This document shows positions 26,769 through 41,203 of a DNA stretch of 64,000 bases, in pieces (within the stretch, counting starts at the first letter, position 1; each line of letters opens with the position of its first letter). The notes under the pieces were generated by a model. That model ran no database searches. It saw only the letters and a program-made list of their open reading frames with translations, and had not been told where the DNA came from. The position numbers and the translations under genes are program-made. The stretch comes from Patellaria atrata CBS 101060 (taxonomy: Eukaryota), in contig MU006123.1 in assembly GCA_010093705.1 (NCBI GenBank), positions 1 through 64,000 on the forward strand, written 5' to 3'.

Positions 26769-29700
26769 ATAGCTATATATATAATTTCTTAATTTATTTA
26801 GCTTTTAACGTTACTTTTTATAAAATACTTTAAATTATTCTTAGCTTATAATATACTTCTAGTTTAAAACTATAGTTTATATAGAAGGGTGAAATCTTTA
26901 TAGTATTAGATTTCGCGTTATTATATATAAATTATACTATTAGTAATAGCTCTATCTAGTTATTCTACTAATAATTTATATAATTATATAAGTATTATTC
27001 TAGAGATTAATTTATTCTCTTCGTTTAGCTATCTATTTATAGATAGAAGCTTATTAATAGCTTATAATTTACCCTTAAACTTTATATTAGAGTTTATTAA
27101 AACGTTAATTTAAATAGTTTATCTTTATTTAAGATAATCTCTTTTAATATTTAATAATTTACTAGCACTATTTTTATTACTAATACTATTATTTATAGTG
27201 CTATTATCGTCGTCTTTACTAATATAAAGTAAGTGAACTTTATTAATCGTTCTACGATAACTAATATCGCGTTATACTCTACTCCTATCGTTAGATTTTT
27301 AGATCTTAATAGATCTATAATAAAGTTTATCGTTATTAAGTTCTATACTCGCTTTAGTAGCTTAATATATTATATCTATTTATAAGATATATGCTTTACA
27401 CTCTTATTTTATATATAGTTATTATATTTTAAGATAACTTACTTCACTATACTCTTTATTCTTAGGAAATAGTAATTCCTTAAAATCCTTTTTAAGATTT
27501 TATTAATACCTTAGTAACTATATACTAGTGCTTCGTAGATCTCTTTAGTAAGAGTCTTTTATAGAATTATTAGTATATATATAAGTTTATCGTATAACTA
27601 TATTTTTTAAGTTATTTATATTACTCTAAAATTATTACTCTTTTAGAACTTCTCTATTATACTATCTTTCTAATAGGTATTATAAATTTATTATTCTCTC
27701 GTGAATTTAATTATTAGTATTATAGCTAATTTTAGCTAATTATAGATAATCGCGTTATTTTCTTTCTTTAATATTATATTATATACTAATTTCGTTTCTT
27801 CTAGATAGTTAAATCTTCTATTTATAGTATTAGCTAGTCTATTTTCGACTTCTAGTTTATAGAATATTTTAAAGTTAAAGAATATAAGTATTTCTATCTA
27901 TTTTACTTATCTTCGATTTAACTTCTTTATTATAAGGAAGTTTATTAAGTTTTAATAATCTAATTAAACTTTTATAGTATACTTAAGTCTTTTAAAGTAT
28001 AATCTCTATTATTCGAATACGTCGATAATCGCTAATAGCTCTTTATCGTGTATATCGTAGTTTAGCTCTATAGCCGTAAACTTTCGTAAGTAAAAGATTA
28101 CCGGATATAATTATTCTTTCTCGTCTAGCTAATTTATATATACACCTAGTATATAATTAAATATATTAGTTTTTATTACTATTAATTTCTCTAAGTTAAA
28201 TATAATTAAGATAGATACTATAATAAACTTTTTCTTAAATTTATTAAATACGTCTCGTATCTTCTCTATCTAAATAAAGGTATTTTCCTTCTTTATTAAT
28301 TCTAATAGCGGTGTTATTATCTTTAAGTACCCCTAAATAAACTTTCTATAATAGTTTATAAAACTTAAGAACGATTATATATCTTTTACGCTCTTTAGCG
28401 TTAGCTAATCTTAAATTATAGCTATTTTTTTTTAGGTCTACTCGTATATCTTTAATAGTAACGATAAAGTCTAGAAATTCTATTTCTTTAATATAGAATT
28501 TATATTTATCTAGATATACTAGAAGTCTCTTTTCTTATAATTTTATTAATACTTTCTTTATATATTCTTTATACTCTTCGAGTGTTTTATTCGTATATAC
28601 TAGTATATTATCTAGGTAAGTAGTTATAAATATATCTAAATACTCTTTTAATATATAATTAATCACTACTTAAAACGTTACTAAAGCGTTAATTAAATTA
28701 AATAATATTATTATATATTTATATAGTTTAAATTTTATTCTTATAGCTATCTTCTATTCTTCGCCTTCTTTTATTCTAATTCGATAGTAACTATCTCGGA
28801 TATCGAATTTCGTAAACTATTTTATTCCTTATAATCTATCTTAGATTTCTAAGATTAAGGGTAACGGATACTTATTCTTAATTATAGTATTATTTAACTA
28901 TTTATAGTTAATATATAATCTTAGCTTATTATTCTTCTTTAGTATAAATAGAATTAGTAAAGTTATTAGACTTTCACTAAATTATATATATCTCTTTTCT
29001 AAGTTAGTATAGATATATTCTTTAAATACTTTATATTATTCTCTTATTAACGGGTAAATCGGTCTAAATTATAATTTCGTACTCTCTTTTAGCATTATTT
29101 CGTGATCCTATGTCTAATAATTTAGAAATATAGTCGCTATATCTTTTTTAAATAAGTCTTTAAACTCGCTATACTTTTTAAGTATCTTAGATTCTTTAAA
29201 AACCTTTTTAACGTTTACTTTTCTAAGCTATACTACTTTTATACTTTAAAGTTTATTTCTATAGATTTTTATTATCTTATAATACGAAATATATTCTACG
29301 GGTATATTAGCGTCTATCTACTTAATACGTCTCGTTCACTTAACTTTATTCCTTTATAAAATATTTTAATTAATTTAAATATTTTTATCTTCTAATTAAT
29401 ATTTAGGTTTATTATTTATAATTAGTCTATTCCTAAAATTATATCTATATCTCCTAGATTAGTTATAGGAATACGCTAAGTAATTACTTTCTCTTATATA
29501 TTAACTTCTACTAATATAGTCCTAAAGTTAATTAAATCTTATTTATAATCTATTTCTTCGTTATTTCCTAGTTATAACGGGACTAAATTCTTAAATTTTA
29601 TATAAGATATATTTTTCTTCTCTATCTATCGAGATAAGATAAACGAATTAATAGCGTCGCTATTAATTAGCGTTATCGTTCTCTTACTATATATAGTAAT

Positions 29701-32700
29701 ATCTATTTAAAGCGTTTTATTATTACTTTATAAGGTTCTTAGGAACTTAAGAGCTATATTTCTCGATTATTCCTATTTTAAGTGGCTTAGTAGTTTTTTA
29801 TATAGCTATATATTAGGTAACTAGATTCTATATATATAATCTAGTATAGTTTATTATATTAGTTATAGTATAAATCTTTATAATATTCTTTATACTTTAA
29901 CTCTCGATATTCTTATTTAATAATTATATTATAACTTAGGTTATTTTTAATTCCTACTTTTTATCTCTACGCGGTATAGTAATCGTATTATATTCCTTTA
30001 ATAATGTATTATCTAAAATCTATTATATTATATTTAGTAACTTAATAGTTTCTCCGTTATTTTTAAGTATTTTTATTTCCTATAAAAATACTTTTTCTTT
30101 ATAAAACTTTTCTTTTAATTCTTTATAGTATTAATAATCCGTGCTATATTTATAATCTACCTATATTACCGCTATATATTCTATATAGATTAATATCTAA
30201 TAATATTATCTATATTTAAGTTTATCTATATAATTAAAACTATTATATTTTTTATAATCGTTTATTAGTAGTTTAAGTCCTCGATTTTTCTCGAGTATTT
30301 TTATTTTATCTTTATAGATTTTATACCCTTTTACCTAGCACTCGCTTTTAAATAAATATATATATATAGAGTCTTAATTCCTAAACTTTACTATAATCTT
30401 CTATTATTTATAATATAAGTAGTTATCCTTTTTATATTATATTTATCGAAAGGCTAAATAGTCTTCTACTTTTAATATAAGATTTAATTATTATTCTTTA
30501 ATAATTATATCGATATTAGATTTAGATTTAATTAATTTCTTATTCTAGAATTTTTATTTAAGCTAATATTATTATTTTATAATCCGATATATAAAGCTTA
30601 ATCTATTAAATATTTATACTTTAATTCTTTAATTTTAATTCTATATTAGGTATTCTAATACTATATATATATTTATATTTTTATATATCTAATATTATTA
30701 ATAGTTTAAATATTATCGAAATATCTCCTTTTCTAGCTAGTTTTCTACTATTAAAAATAATATTAATAGCTTACTTACCTTTATTTAATAAAGTAATAGT
30801 ATTTCTTTAATCTCTTCTTCTTCTAGTAATAAAACTAGTAATAATAGTATTAAGTATATAACTTTAAATTATATACGTTAGTTATATCGCGATAGTGGTT
30901 ATATCTTCTATAAATAATCTCTTTTAAAATATCCTATTTCTTTATATTATAAATATACTTTATTCGTAAAATATTTCTTTTCTTTTTAGATAAATTATCG
31001 TTATTTTTTCGACTTTTTTTATTTTATCTATTATAGTTAGTTAAAATCTATTAAGTCTTTCTAATCTTATCTATTTATAGCTTTTATTATCTTCTTTTTA
31101 TATCTAATTATAATATTCTTTTATTCTCTCTTTTTCTATCTATATTTATATAACCTATTATTTATTCTAACTATTAAGGTCACTATATCTTATATTATTA
31201 TTAGTCTTTTATAATAAACTTACTCGTTCTTCACTTCTTCTATTAAATTTTAATAGAAGATTATTATTAATAATTTATTAGGTTAATCTAATATTAATAT
31301 TATCTATTAAAATATAATTATATACTTTAAAGTTAATTCTTTTTATTTAAGTCTTTAGAGCTTCCTTTTAATTATTTATTATTTATCGATTTCTTTAAAG
31401 ATATTTTTAAGTATTTTCTTAAACTTTTAAAATAATATAAAGATTTTACTTATTTTATCTTCTTAATCTTTCTTATTATTCTTAAGATAATCTTATATAA
31501 TAGATTTAAACTATTTTAAAACGTCTTCTTTAAAGTATATTAATATATTAAGTATATATTTATTATTATCCGTTAATCTTATTCTCTTATAATAGATTTT
31601 TATCTAGGTTAAGAATCTCTTTAGCTTATCTTATTTACTATTATATAATATAGGTTCTTTAACTTTCGTAGTTCGCTTTTATAGTAAAATTAACTATATA
31701 ATAAGTTATTTAAGCTAATCTTTAAGTTTTTAGATTATTCTTTCACTTTTAAGTTTATTAATATATTTATATAACGTTTAGATATATTCTTTATCTATCT
31801 TTATATTAACTATAGCTAATAATATTATATTTAAGTCTATTATACGCTTTTCTATTATATAGTAATTATAATATTATAATAGGAGTTTATACTTATTAAA
31901 ATAAAATTAGATAAGTTTAGAAATACGCCTAACTTCTTATTTAATATAATTAACTATAAAGGTAAATTTAGTAAAGTGATAGAATTTATATAATAAAGAT
32001 ATTTTAAATTATTAATATAATTTACTAACTCTTTAACTTTAAGTAATACTTACGATAAGATAAGATATACTATATAGAAATAGCGTAATAAATAAAGTTA
32101 AGTTTAAAACTATAATATCTAAATTTATAAGTAAGATTAATAGTAAAAGTAACTATAAAGAATCTAAATATATAAAAGAAAAATTATCCTTAAATATTTC
32201 TATTCTTCTATAACTAATTTAATATTAATTACTCTATTCACTCTACTTACTTCTATATATATCGAGTATATCGATTATTCTAATCACGTTAATCGCTTTA
32301 CTCGCTCTACTCGCTTCTATATACGTTAAGCACGTCGAGTACCTCGATTATATTATATAATCTACCGTCCCACGATGATTATTCCGCTCCGTCACTTTAT
32401 ATTAACGTTCTATTAATAATACCGTACCTTTATTTTATAATTATAATATATAACTAATATATATAATTTAAAGTTATATATCTAATATTATTATTACTAG
32501 TCTTATCGCTAGAAGAGAAAGAGATTAAAAAAACGCCGCTATCTTATTAAATAAAGATAAGTAGATTATTAATATTATTTTTAATAGTAGAAAATTAGCT
32601 AGAAAAGGAAATATTTTAATAATATTTAAATTACTAATAATATTAGATATACGGAAATATATATATATATATATAATATTAAAATATCTAATATAGAATT

Positions 32701-35700
32701 AAAGTTAAAGAATTAAAATATAAATATTTAATAGACTAAATCTTATATATTAAATTATAGAATAATAATATTAGTTTAAATAAGAATTTTAGAATTAAGA
32801 GTTAATTAAACTCGAATTTAATAATAATATAATTATTAAAGAATAATAATTAAACTTTATATTAAAAATAAAAAACTATTTAACCTTTTAATAAATATAA
32901 TATAAAGAAGACGACTATTTATACTATAAATAATAGAAGATTATAACGAAATTTAGGAATTAAGATCTTATTTATATACATTTATTTAAAGGTGAATACT
33001 AGATAAGAGGATATAAAATCTATAAAAATAAAATAAAAGTATTTAAAAAGAATTAAGAATTTAAGCTATTAATAAATAATTATAAGAAATAAAATAGTTT
33101 TAATTATATAGATAGATTTAAATATAAATAATATTATTAAATATTAATTTATACGAAATATATAGTAATAATATAAGAAGATTACGAATATAATATAGAT
33201 TACTAGTATTATAGAGAATTAGAGAAAAAGTTTTATAAAATAAAAGTGTTTCTATAGAAAATGAAAGTGCTTAAAAATAGTGAAGAAACTATTAAATAAG
33301 CTATTAAATATAATATAATAGACTTTAAATAGTATATAATTAGAGGAATATAATATAATTATTATACTATATAAAGATAAAGAGTAAAAATTAAAAGTAA
33401 CCTAAATTATAATATAATTATTAAATAAGAATATTAAGAGATAAAATATAAAAAATATTATAAAGATTCCTATTATAACTAATATAATAAATTATATTAG
33501 ACTATATATATAAAATCTAATTATCTAGTTTATAGTTATATAAAAAATTATTAAATTACTTAAAATAGAAATAATTAAGAAATATAGCTTCTAAATTTCT
33601 TAAAACTCTATAAAATAATAATAAAACGCTTTAAATAAATATTACTATATATAATAAAAGAATAATAACGTTAATTAATAATAACGCTATTAATTTATTT
33701 ATCTTATCTCGATAAATAGAAAAGAAAAGTATATTTTATATAAAATTTAAGAATTTAATCCCGCTACGACTAGAAAATAATAAAGAAATAGAATATAGAT
33801 AAGATCTAATTAACTTTAAAACTATATTAATAAAAGTTAATATATAAGAAAAGATAATTATTTAGTATATCTCTATAATTAATCTAGAAAATATAAATAT
33901 AATTTTAAAGATAGATTAGTTATAAATAATAAATTTAAATATTAATTAGAAAATAAAAAATATCTAAATTAATTAAAATATTTTATAAAAGAATAGAGTT
34001 AAGTGAATAAGATATATTAAATAGATAAATATTAATATATTTATAAAATATATTTCGTATTATAAAATAATAAAGATCTATAAAAATAAATTTAAAAGTA
34101 TAGAAGTAATATAATTTAGAAAAGTAAATATTAAAAAGATTTTTAAAAAATTTAAAATATTAAAAAAGTATAATAAGTTTAAAGATTTATTTAAAAAAGA
34201 TATAACGACTATACTTTTAAATTACTAGATATAGAATTATAAAATAATATTAAAAGAAGGCGTGAAACTATAATCTAGTCTAATTTACCCGTTAATAAGA
34301 GAATAATATAAAGTATTTAAGAAATATATCTATATTAACTTAAAAAAAAGATATATATAATTTAATAAAAGCTTAATAGCTTTATCGATTCTATTTATAC
34401 TAAAGAAGAATAGTAAACTAAAATTATATATCGATTATAGATAATTAAATAATATTATAATTAAGAATAAATACTTATTATTTTTAATTTTAGAAATTTA
34501 AAATAGATTATAAAAAGTAAAATAGTTTATAAAATTCGATATTCGAGATAATTACTATTAAATTAGAATAAAAGAAGGTGAAGAATAAAAGATAATTATA
34601 AAAATAAGATTTAAACTATATAAATATATAATAATACTATTTAGCTTAATTAACACTTTAATAATATTTTAAGTAGTGATTAATTATATATTAAAAGAAT
34701 ATTTAGATATATTTATAATTATTTACCTAGATAATATACTAATATATATAAATAAAACGCTTAAAGAGTATAGAAAGTATATAAAGAAAGTATTAATAAA
34801 GTTATAAGAAAAAAAACTTCTAGTATACTTAAATAAGTGTAAATTCTATATTAAAAAAATAAAATTTCTAGACTTTATCGTTATTATTAAAGGTATATAA
34901 GTAGACTTAAAAAAGATAGCCGTAATTTAAGATTAACTAACGCTAAAGAACGTAAAAGATATATAATTATTCTTAAATTTCGTGAATTATTATAGAAAGT
35001 TTATCTAGAAGTACTTAAAAGTAATAACACCGTTATTAAAATTAATAAAGAAGGAAAATATCTTTATTTAAATAAAAGAAATATAAAAAGTATTTAATAA
35101 ATTTAAAAAGAAATTCACTATAATATTTATTTTAATTATATTTAATTTAGAGAAATTAATAATATTAAAAATTAATATATCTAATTATATATTAGATATA
35201 TATATAAGTTAATTAGATAAGAAAGAATAATTATATTTAATAATCTTTTATTTATAAAAGTTTATAGTTATAAAGCTAAATTATAATATATATAATAAAG
35301 AATTATTAGCGATTATCGATATATTTAAATAGTAAAGATTATATTTTAAAGGACCTAAATATATTATAAAAGTTTAGTTAAATTATTAAAATCTAATAAA
35401 CTTCCTTATAATAAAGAAATTAAATCGAAAATAAGTAAAATAAATAGAAATACTTATATTCTTTAACTTTAAAATATTTTATAGACTAAAAGTTAAAAAT
35501 AAACTAATTAATATTATAAATAAAAGATTTAACTACTTAAAAGAAATAAAACTAATATATAATATAGTATTTAAGAAAGAAAATAACGCGATTATCTATA
35601 ATTAACTAAGATTAGCTATAATATTAAAGATTAAATTTATAAGAGAATAATAAATTTATAACGCCTATTAAAAGAATAGTATAATAGAGAAGTTCTAAAA

Positions 35701-36992
35701 AGGTAATAATTTTAGAGGAATATAAATAGTTAAAAAAATATAGTTATATAATAAACTTATATATATATTAATAATACTATAAAAGACCTTTACTAAGGAA
35801 ATTCACGAAACACTAGTATATAATTATTAAGGTATTAATAAAATTTTAAAAAAGATCTTAAAGAATTATTATTTTCTAAAGATATAAGATATAATAAAGT
35901 AAATTATCTTAAAGTATAATAATTATATATAGAATAAAAATATAAAATATATACTTTATAGATAAATATAATATATTAAACTATTAAAGCGAGTATGGAA
36001 CTTAATAATAATAGACTTTATTATAAATTTACTAGAATCTAAAAATCTAATAATAGAAATAAAGTATAATATAATATTAGTTATTATAAAATAATTAATA
36101 AAGTTTATCTACTTTATACTAATAAAGATAATAATAATAGCACTATAAATAGTAGTATTAATAATAAAAATAATATTAATAAATTATTAGATATTAAAAG
36201 AGATTATCTTAAATAAAGATAAACTATTTAAATTAATATTTTAATAGACTTTAATATAAAGTTTAAAGATAAACTATAAACTATTAATAAGCTTTTATTT
36301 ATAAATAAATAGTTAAATTAAAAGAATAAATTAATCTCTAAAATAATACTTATATAATTATATAAATTATTAGTAGAATAATTAGATAAAACTATTATTA
36401 ATAGTATAATTCGTATATAATAATACGAAATCTAATATTATAAAGGTTTTACCCTTTTATATAAATTATAGTTTTAAACTAGAAGTATATTATAAACTAA
36501 GAATAATTTAGAGTATTTTATAAGAAATAATATTAAAAGTCGAGTAAATTAAAGAATTATATAAATAATTATTATAAGATATAATCTTTTAGATAATAAA
36601 AGTTATAAAGTATAGTAATTAATATAAATCGCTAGAATTAATCTTTAAAAAAGGGAATAAAGTTTACTTATTATAAAAAAATCTTAAGACGAAGCGACCT
36701 AATAAAAAACTAGATTATAAGAAAATTAGTCCTTTTAAAATTAAATAGATAAAAGGAAAAATTAATTATAAATTAAAATTACTATAAAAAATAAAGATAT
36801 ATCTACTTTTCTATATATTACTTTTAAAATAAATATATATTAACGCTAAACTTTAAATATAACTTATAGATTTTAAAAAAGAAGATATTTACGAAATAGA
36901 ATAAATCTTAAACTTATAATAAATAAATAGTTAATATAAGTATTTAGTAAAATAGAAAGGCTATAAATATATAAATAATATATAGAAATTAC

Positions 36993-37595
36993 TTAAATAT
37001 TTAATAAACTATAATTAGAAACTTAAATAGTTTTATCGCTAAAACTAGAGAATTTTAGACTCTTAAAAGTAGAGAAATCTAAACTAGATTAACTAGAAGA
37101 AAATATAATAATAAAGAAAGAAGAAATAATTAAAAAAGTTTATTATTCTTTAATTATTTACTTTAAAGTCTTAAGTTTCTTAATAGAATTAAACTTATAA
37201 CGAGATATTTTAAACTCTTTCTCTTTAAAAGAATATAGTTATTTATAAAGATAATAAACGTAAATATAAATAACTTTTATTTAAGTATTTATTTAAATAT
37301 AGATTTACTTCTTATAATTAAGAGTAAGTTTCTTATTATTTTTAGTAATAGTTAATTTAAAATAAATTTAAATTTTTAAAGTATTAAGCTTATTTTAATT
37401 CCTTTATATTACTATAAGATTATATTTTAAACTATAAACGAAACACTTAAAATAGAAACTAGAAAGGATATTAATAATATAAAAATAAGAAGAATAATAA
37501 TAAATAGAATAAAGAATTAATATAAAATAATTATATAAAGTAATATAAATAATATAATATTAATAATAAACTAGATAAGATTTAACTTTTAATAT
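36993..37595 (-). pseudogene. Antisense accessory ORF of Gypsy B: Zn2Cys6-like cluster plus coiled coil (about 201 codons)
   Basis: (ATA)LKVKS...YSIY-YYSSYF-Y-IINILSSF-YFKC-FVYSLK-Y-NLIVI; same six codon positions, fifth Cys still TGT; later LYK*LYSFKEKEFKISRYKFNSIKKLKTLK. Confidence 0.72.
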
Positions 37596-38315
37596 CTCGA
37601 AAGAAAGAGAAAAAAGATATATATAACTTAATAAATAAGCGATATATTTATTATATATCTAAGTAAAAGAAATAAACTCTTAAAATAAAAGTTAAAAAAA
37701 GAGAAAATAATATTATAACTATAAATTATAGGAATATATAGATAATAAATAAGGGAAAGAAAAGAATATTATTTAAAAGAATTATAAATAAAATAAGTAA
37801 TAATAAATTATATAATTTATATATTTAAACGTTTAAACGTTTAAGTTATAAAGAATAATTAAATAATTAAATAACTAAGATAATTAGGAAGAATTATATA
37901 ACTTAAATATTTAAATATTTAAATATTTTAGTCGTAAAAAATAATTAAATAATTAAATAACTAGAATAACTAGAATATAGATAATTAAATTAGTTATAAA
38001 AAATAAAAATATTTAAGAATAATTTTTTCTTTATATATTTAAATTCTTTATAATTATTCTTACTATTAATTTTATTTATAAATTTAGATATTATAATTTT
38101 AAACTTAATTTTACTTATTATATTATTTCTATATAGTATATCTTATCTTATTATAAGTATTATTTAAAGTTAAGAAGTTAATAAGTTATATCGTTAATTT
38201 AAAGTATTTTTTATTATATATATTCTATTATTTTACTAAATCTACTCTTATAATTAACTATATTAAGTGAAAAATTAGACGTGTTTTTAAACTTATCTAA
38301 CTTTATCTTAATAAG

Positions 38316-38892
38316 TGTTACGGCTATAGAACGAAGATATAGTATTATTAATAGAACGATAATATAAAGCGACGGAACGGAATAACTATCGCGGGACGGT
38401 AGGTTATATAATATAATTAGGATACTCGACGTGCTCAATATATATAGGAGCGAGCGGAGCGAGTAAAGCGATTAGCGTGATCGAGGTAATCGATATACTC
38501 GATATATACTAGAGCGAGTAGAGCGAGTAGAGCGATTAATATTAAATTAACTATAAAAGGATAAGAATATTTAAAGATAGTCTTTCCCTTATATATTTAG
38601 ATTCTTCGTAGTTATTTTTACTATTAATTTTACCTATAGATTTAGATATTATAGTTTTAAACTTAACTTTACTTATTATATTATTTCTATATAGTACGTC
38701 TTATCTTATTATAAGTATTACTCGAAGTTAAGAAATTAATAAGTTATATTATTAATTTAAAGTATCTTTATTATATATATTCTATCACTTTACTAAATCT
38801 ACCTTTATAGTTAACTATATTAAGTGAGAAGCTAGACGTGTTTCTAAACTTATCTAATTCTATCTTAATAAGTATAAACTCCTATTATAATA
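38316..38892 (+). mobile_element. Solo LTR of C type inserted in the 3' LTR of B
   Basis: 577 bp like the C LTRs; begins with unmutated TGTTACGG; perfect TSD ataag (38311-38315 and 38893-38897). Confidence 0.92.
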
Positions 38893-40417
38893 ATAAGTAT
38901 AGACTCCTATTATAATAAAAATATAAAAAATATATAAATAAGTAAATAATAATAATATTTTTTTCTTTATAAAATTCTTTAAACTAAGTTAATAAATAGT
39001 TTATATAATTATTAAAAATAATTATTTAATAAATATCTTTCTACTAAATATTTATATATTAATAGAAATATTAAATCTAGTTTATAGTTATCTTTTTATC
39101 TATTTAACTATTTAGCGAGGTTTTAATAATCTAGAAAAATAGGAGACTATATTTAATATATTAAAATATAAGATAATTAATACTTTATATAATTAAGAAA
39201 GAAGATAATATAAATTATTATTATTTATATATTTAATTATTATAATTTATTCGCGATTATTAGGTTAAAATTATTTACTTTTACTATATTTATTAATATA
39301 TATAATAATTATATTATTATAGATAATACTTATTATAAAGTCTATTTTATTAAAATTATAAAAATCGATATTTTAGATTATATATTTTATATATATATTA
39401 GCTATTAAATAGAATTATATATTTATTATATTTAAATCTTTATAAAAAACTTTTTAAAAGTTATAAATATAAGAAAAATATATTTTTAACTTTAATTATT
39501 ATTTAATAAAATTCTCTATCTAATATTTCTTAATATATTCTATAATATATTTTATAAGAAGTAAATTAACTATTTTTTTTATATTAATTAATTAGAATAA
39601 AAAGTCTTATATATTTAAATTTAAAATATATTAAATAATTATCTTTTCTTTAATTTCTATTAACTTTTAAAAATTAAGGCGATAATTATATTTAAAAGTT
39701 TAGCTATTTATTTTCGCGTAAAAAGTAATTTTAAAGATATTATAAATTATTATAGTTTTTTAATAATTAAGTTTTTTATTATATTAAAGAATTTAAATAA
39801 TAAAGATAATTTAACTTTTATTTAATTATATAAATATTATTAATTATAAAGAAATATATTATTATAAAAGAAAAAATTATAATATATAAAAAAGTATATT
39901 ATTTATTTATATATATTATTTATTTATAAATTATATTAATAATATTTTAATTAATATTATATAATTATAATTATTTTCTTTTATAATTTATATTATATTA
40001 AAGATATTTTAAAGCTTTAATTCTTAAATATAGCTTTAAATAAAGTTATATTAATAGTGATAAAGTAGAAAGTAATTATTATTTTTTAGATACATGTATT
40101 TTAATAATTCAATATTAGTGGACGACCGTGCACGCTCTAAAACCGTGCACGGCCTGAACAAGAGCCTTAATAATTATACTATACTCCGTTCTTCCAATGA
40201 GAGGTTAGCATGGAATGGGTATAATCAAAAGATCTTGTGATTGGGCGTCATCGCGCGTACTAGCCGCGTTATGTCATTAGTGTCTTTTTGTCATTATTAA
40301 GTTATTCCTGGGTAAGGGAGTTCTAGTTCCCCTTGTTCCTTATAATTGAACCCATTATCTGCAATTATGGGAATTAGGCTTTTGTAGTTCGGACATAGAC
40401 CCTATGACCCCGAATAG

Positions 40418-40774
40418 ATGTCCATCATTGTCGCGTACGCACAGAAACATAAATTCGCTATCAAGGGCGTGCATGGCATTCAGCAAAGGATCAAAGACGA
40501 CGCATACGATGGTATGTCTTTGGAAGACTTCAAACGGAAGGGAGTAGACAGATGGAGTTTCAAGACTATAGTACGTCTTCGTTAGCTAGACTCGCCCCTA
40601 TGTGATTTAATTGACGTGTACTAACTTTCGACCCAGAGTGGAGAAGATTTATGGCTCACTACGACGTTCGACATCAGGAAGCGACCAAAACACATGCGAA
40701 TAGAAGACTCTTTAGATGGTAAGGATCCGTTGGAAGAAATGGGATCGCCTCCTGATGCGCCATATCCATTATAG
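40418..40774 (+). CDS. Candidate small two-exon orphan protein (about 96 aa; may have a further upstream exon)
   Basis: Exons 40418-40570 and 40637-40774 joined in frame by a canonical 66-nt intron (gtacgt...ctaac...cag); no recognisable homology. Confidence 0.4.
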
Positions 40775-41203
40775 GTTTGGTTCTTTCGGACTGAAGAATC
40801 ACTCACCGAGACGTGTTACGCTAGCGTCAGTCCTATTTCATGGGAACCTTTATTGGGCTCCTCCTTTTATAGTATGAACATATCAATACGGTGTTGGCTG
40901 AGCAAGGTAATATTAGATAAGCTTGTCGAAAACTAGATATTCAAAAGTTCGATTACGTCGTCGTTAAATCTCATATATTCTTCTACAACCCGAGATCATA
41001 TCCTAGAGCATATCATTGAAGTGGTAATTGTTCATTACCCTGGCTGAACCTACTTACAATTGAGCTTTATCTTACAGCCAATATATGCTGAAGTGAAGAT
41101 TCATCCCATAAACCAAGGTGGATAACAAACAGGATTAAAAGTGATGCACTATTAAAAAAGCAGGATGCACTTTCCCGCGATATAAACAATTACCAGACGC
41201 TGC

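Larger units (their letters stand above)
18579..32448 (-). mobile_element. Ty3/Gypsy chromodomain LTR retrotransposon, copy C, nested in gag of B
   Basis: 577-bp LTRs 18579-19155 (3') and 31872-32448 (5'); polypurine tract complement ctatcctctcttttt at 19156; interior is the reverse complement of A/B gag-pol; TSD about tata(a), left junction imperfect. Confidence 0.92.
16964..38917 (+). mobile_element. Ty3/Gypsy chromodomain LTR retrotransposon, copy B (same gag-pol family as A), interrupted by element C and a solo LTR
   Basis: 5' LTR 16964-17588; 3' LTR 37711-38315 plus 38898-38917; perfect TSD aaaat; internal 17589-18578 and 32449-37710 collinear with A; RT YLDNILIY near 34723. Confidence 0.92.
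16120..39933 (-). mobile_element. Fot1/pogo-like (Tc1-mariner superfamily) DNA transposon, about 1.85 kb, split by Gypsy B
   Basis: Inverted termini: tataaacgagcgatatatataaacgagcgatatactttt at about 16125-16163 and its RIP-altered complement at about 39890-39928; minus-strand transposase motifs DFYNFNKIDFII (DFYNFDETGFMM, about 39331-39366), Y*IIIFNNY (YRxxxLDGH, about 39005-39032) and *SLNIRYFNILK (QPLDVGCF, about 16920-16955). Exact outer bases uncertain. Confidence 0.85.
1..40090. other. AT-rich, RIP-degraded nested transposon block (probable heterochromatin)
   Basis: CA/TG dinucleotides nearly absent, TA very abundant; repeat copies differ almost only by C>T and G>A; abrupt return to balanced composition near 40090. 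Confidence 0.95.

Noticed and set aside
38214..38438. 74-aa ORF from the track
   Set aside because: Spans the junction between B's LTR and the solo LTR; chance frame.
1..40090. Organellar, endosymbiont or contaminant origin of the AT-rich half
   Set aside because: No rRNA, tRNA or respiratory genes; it resolves into nuclear transposons with a RIP pattern and is contiguous with fungal genes.
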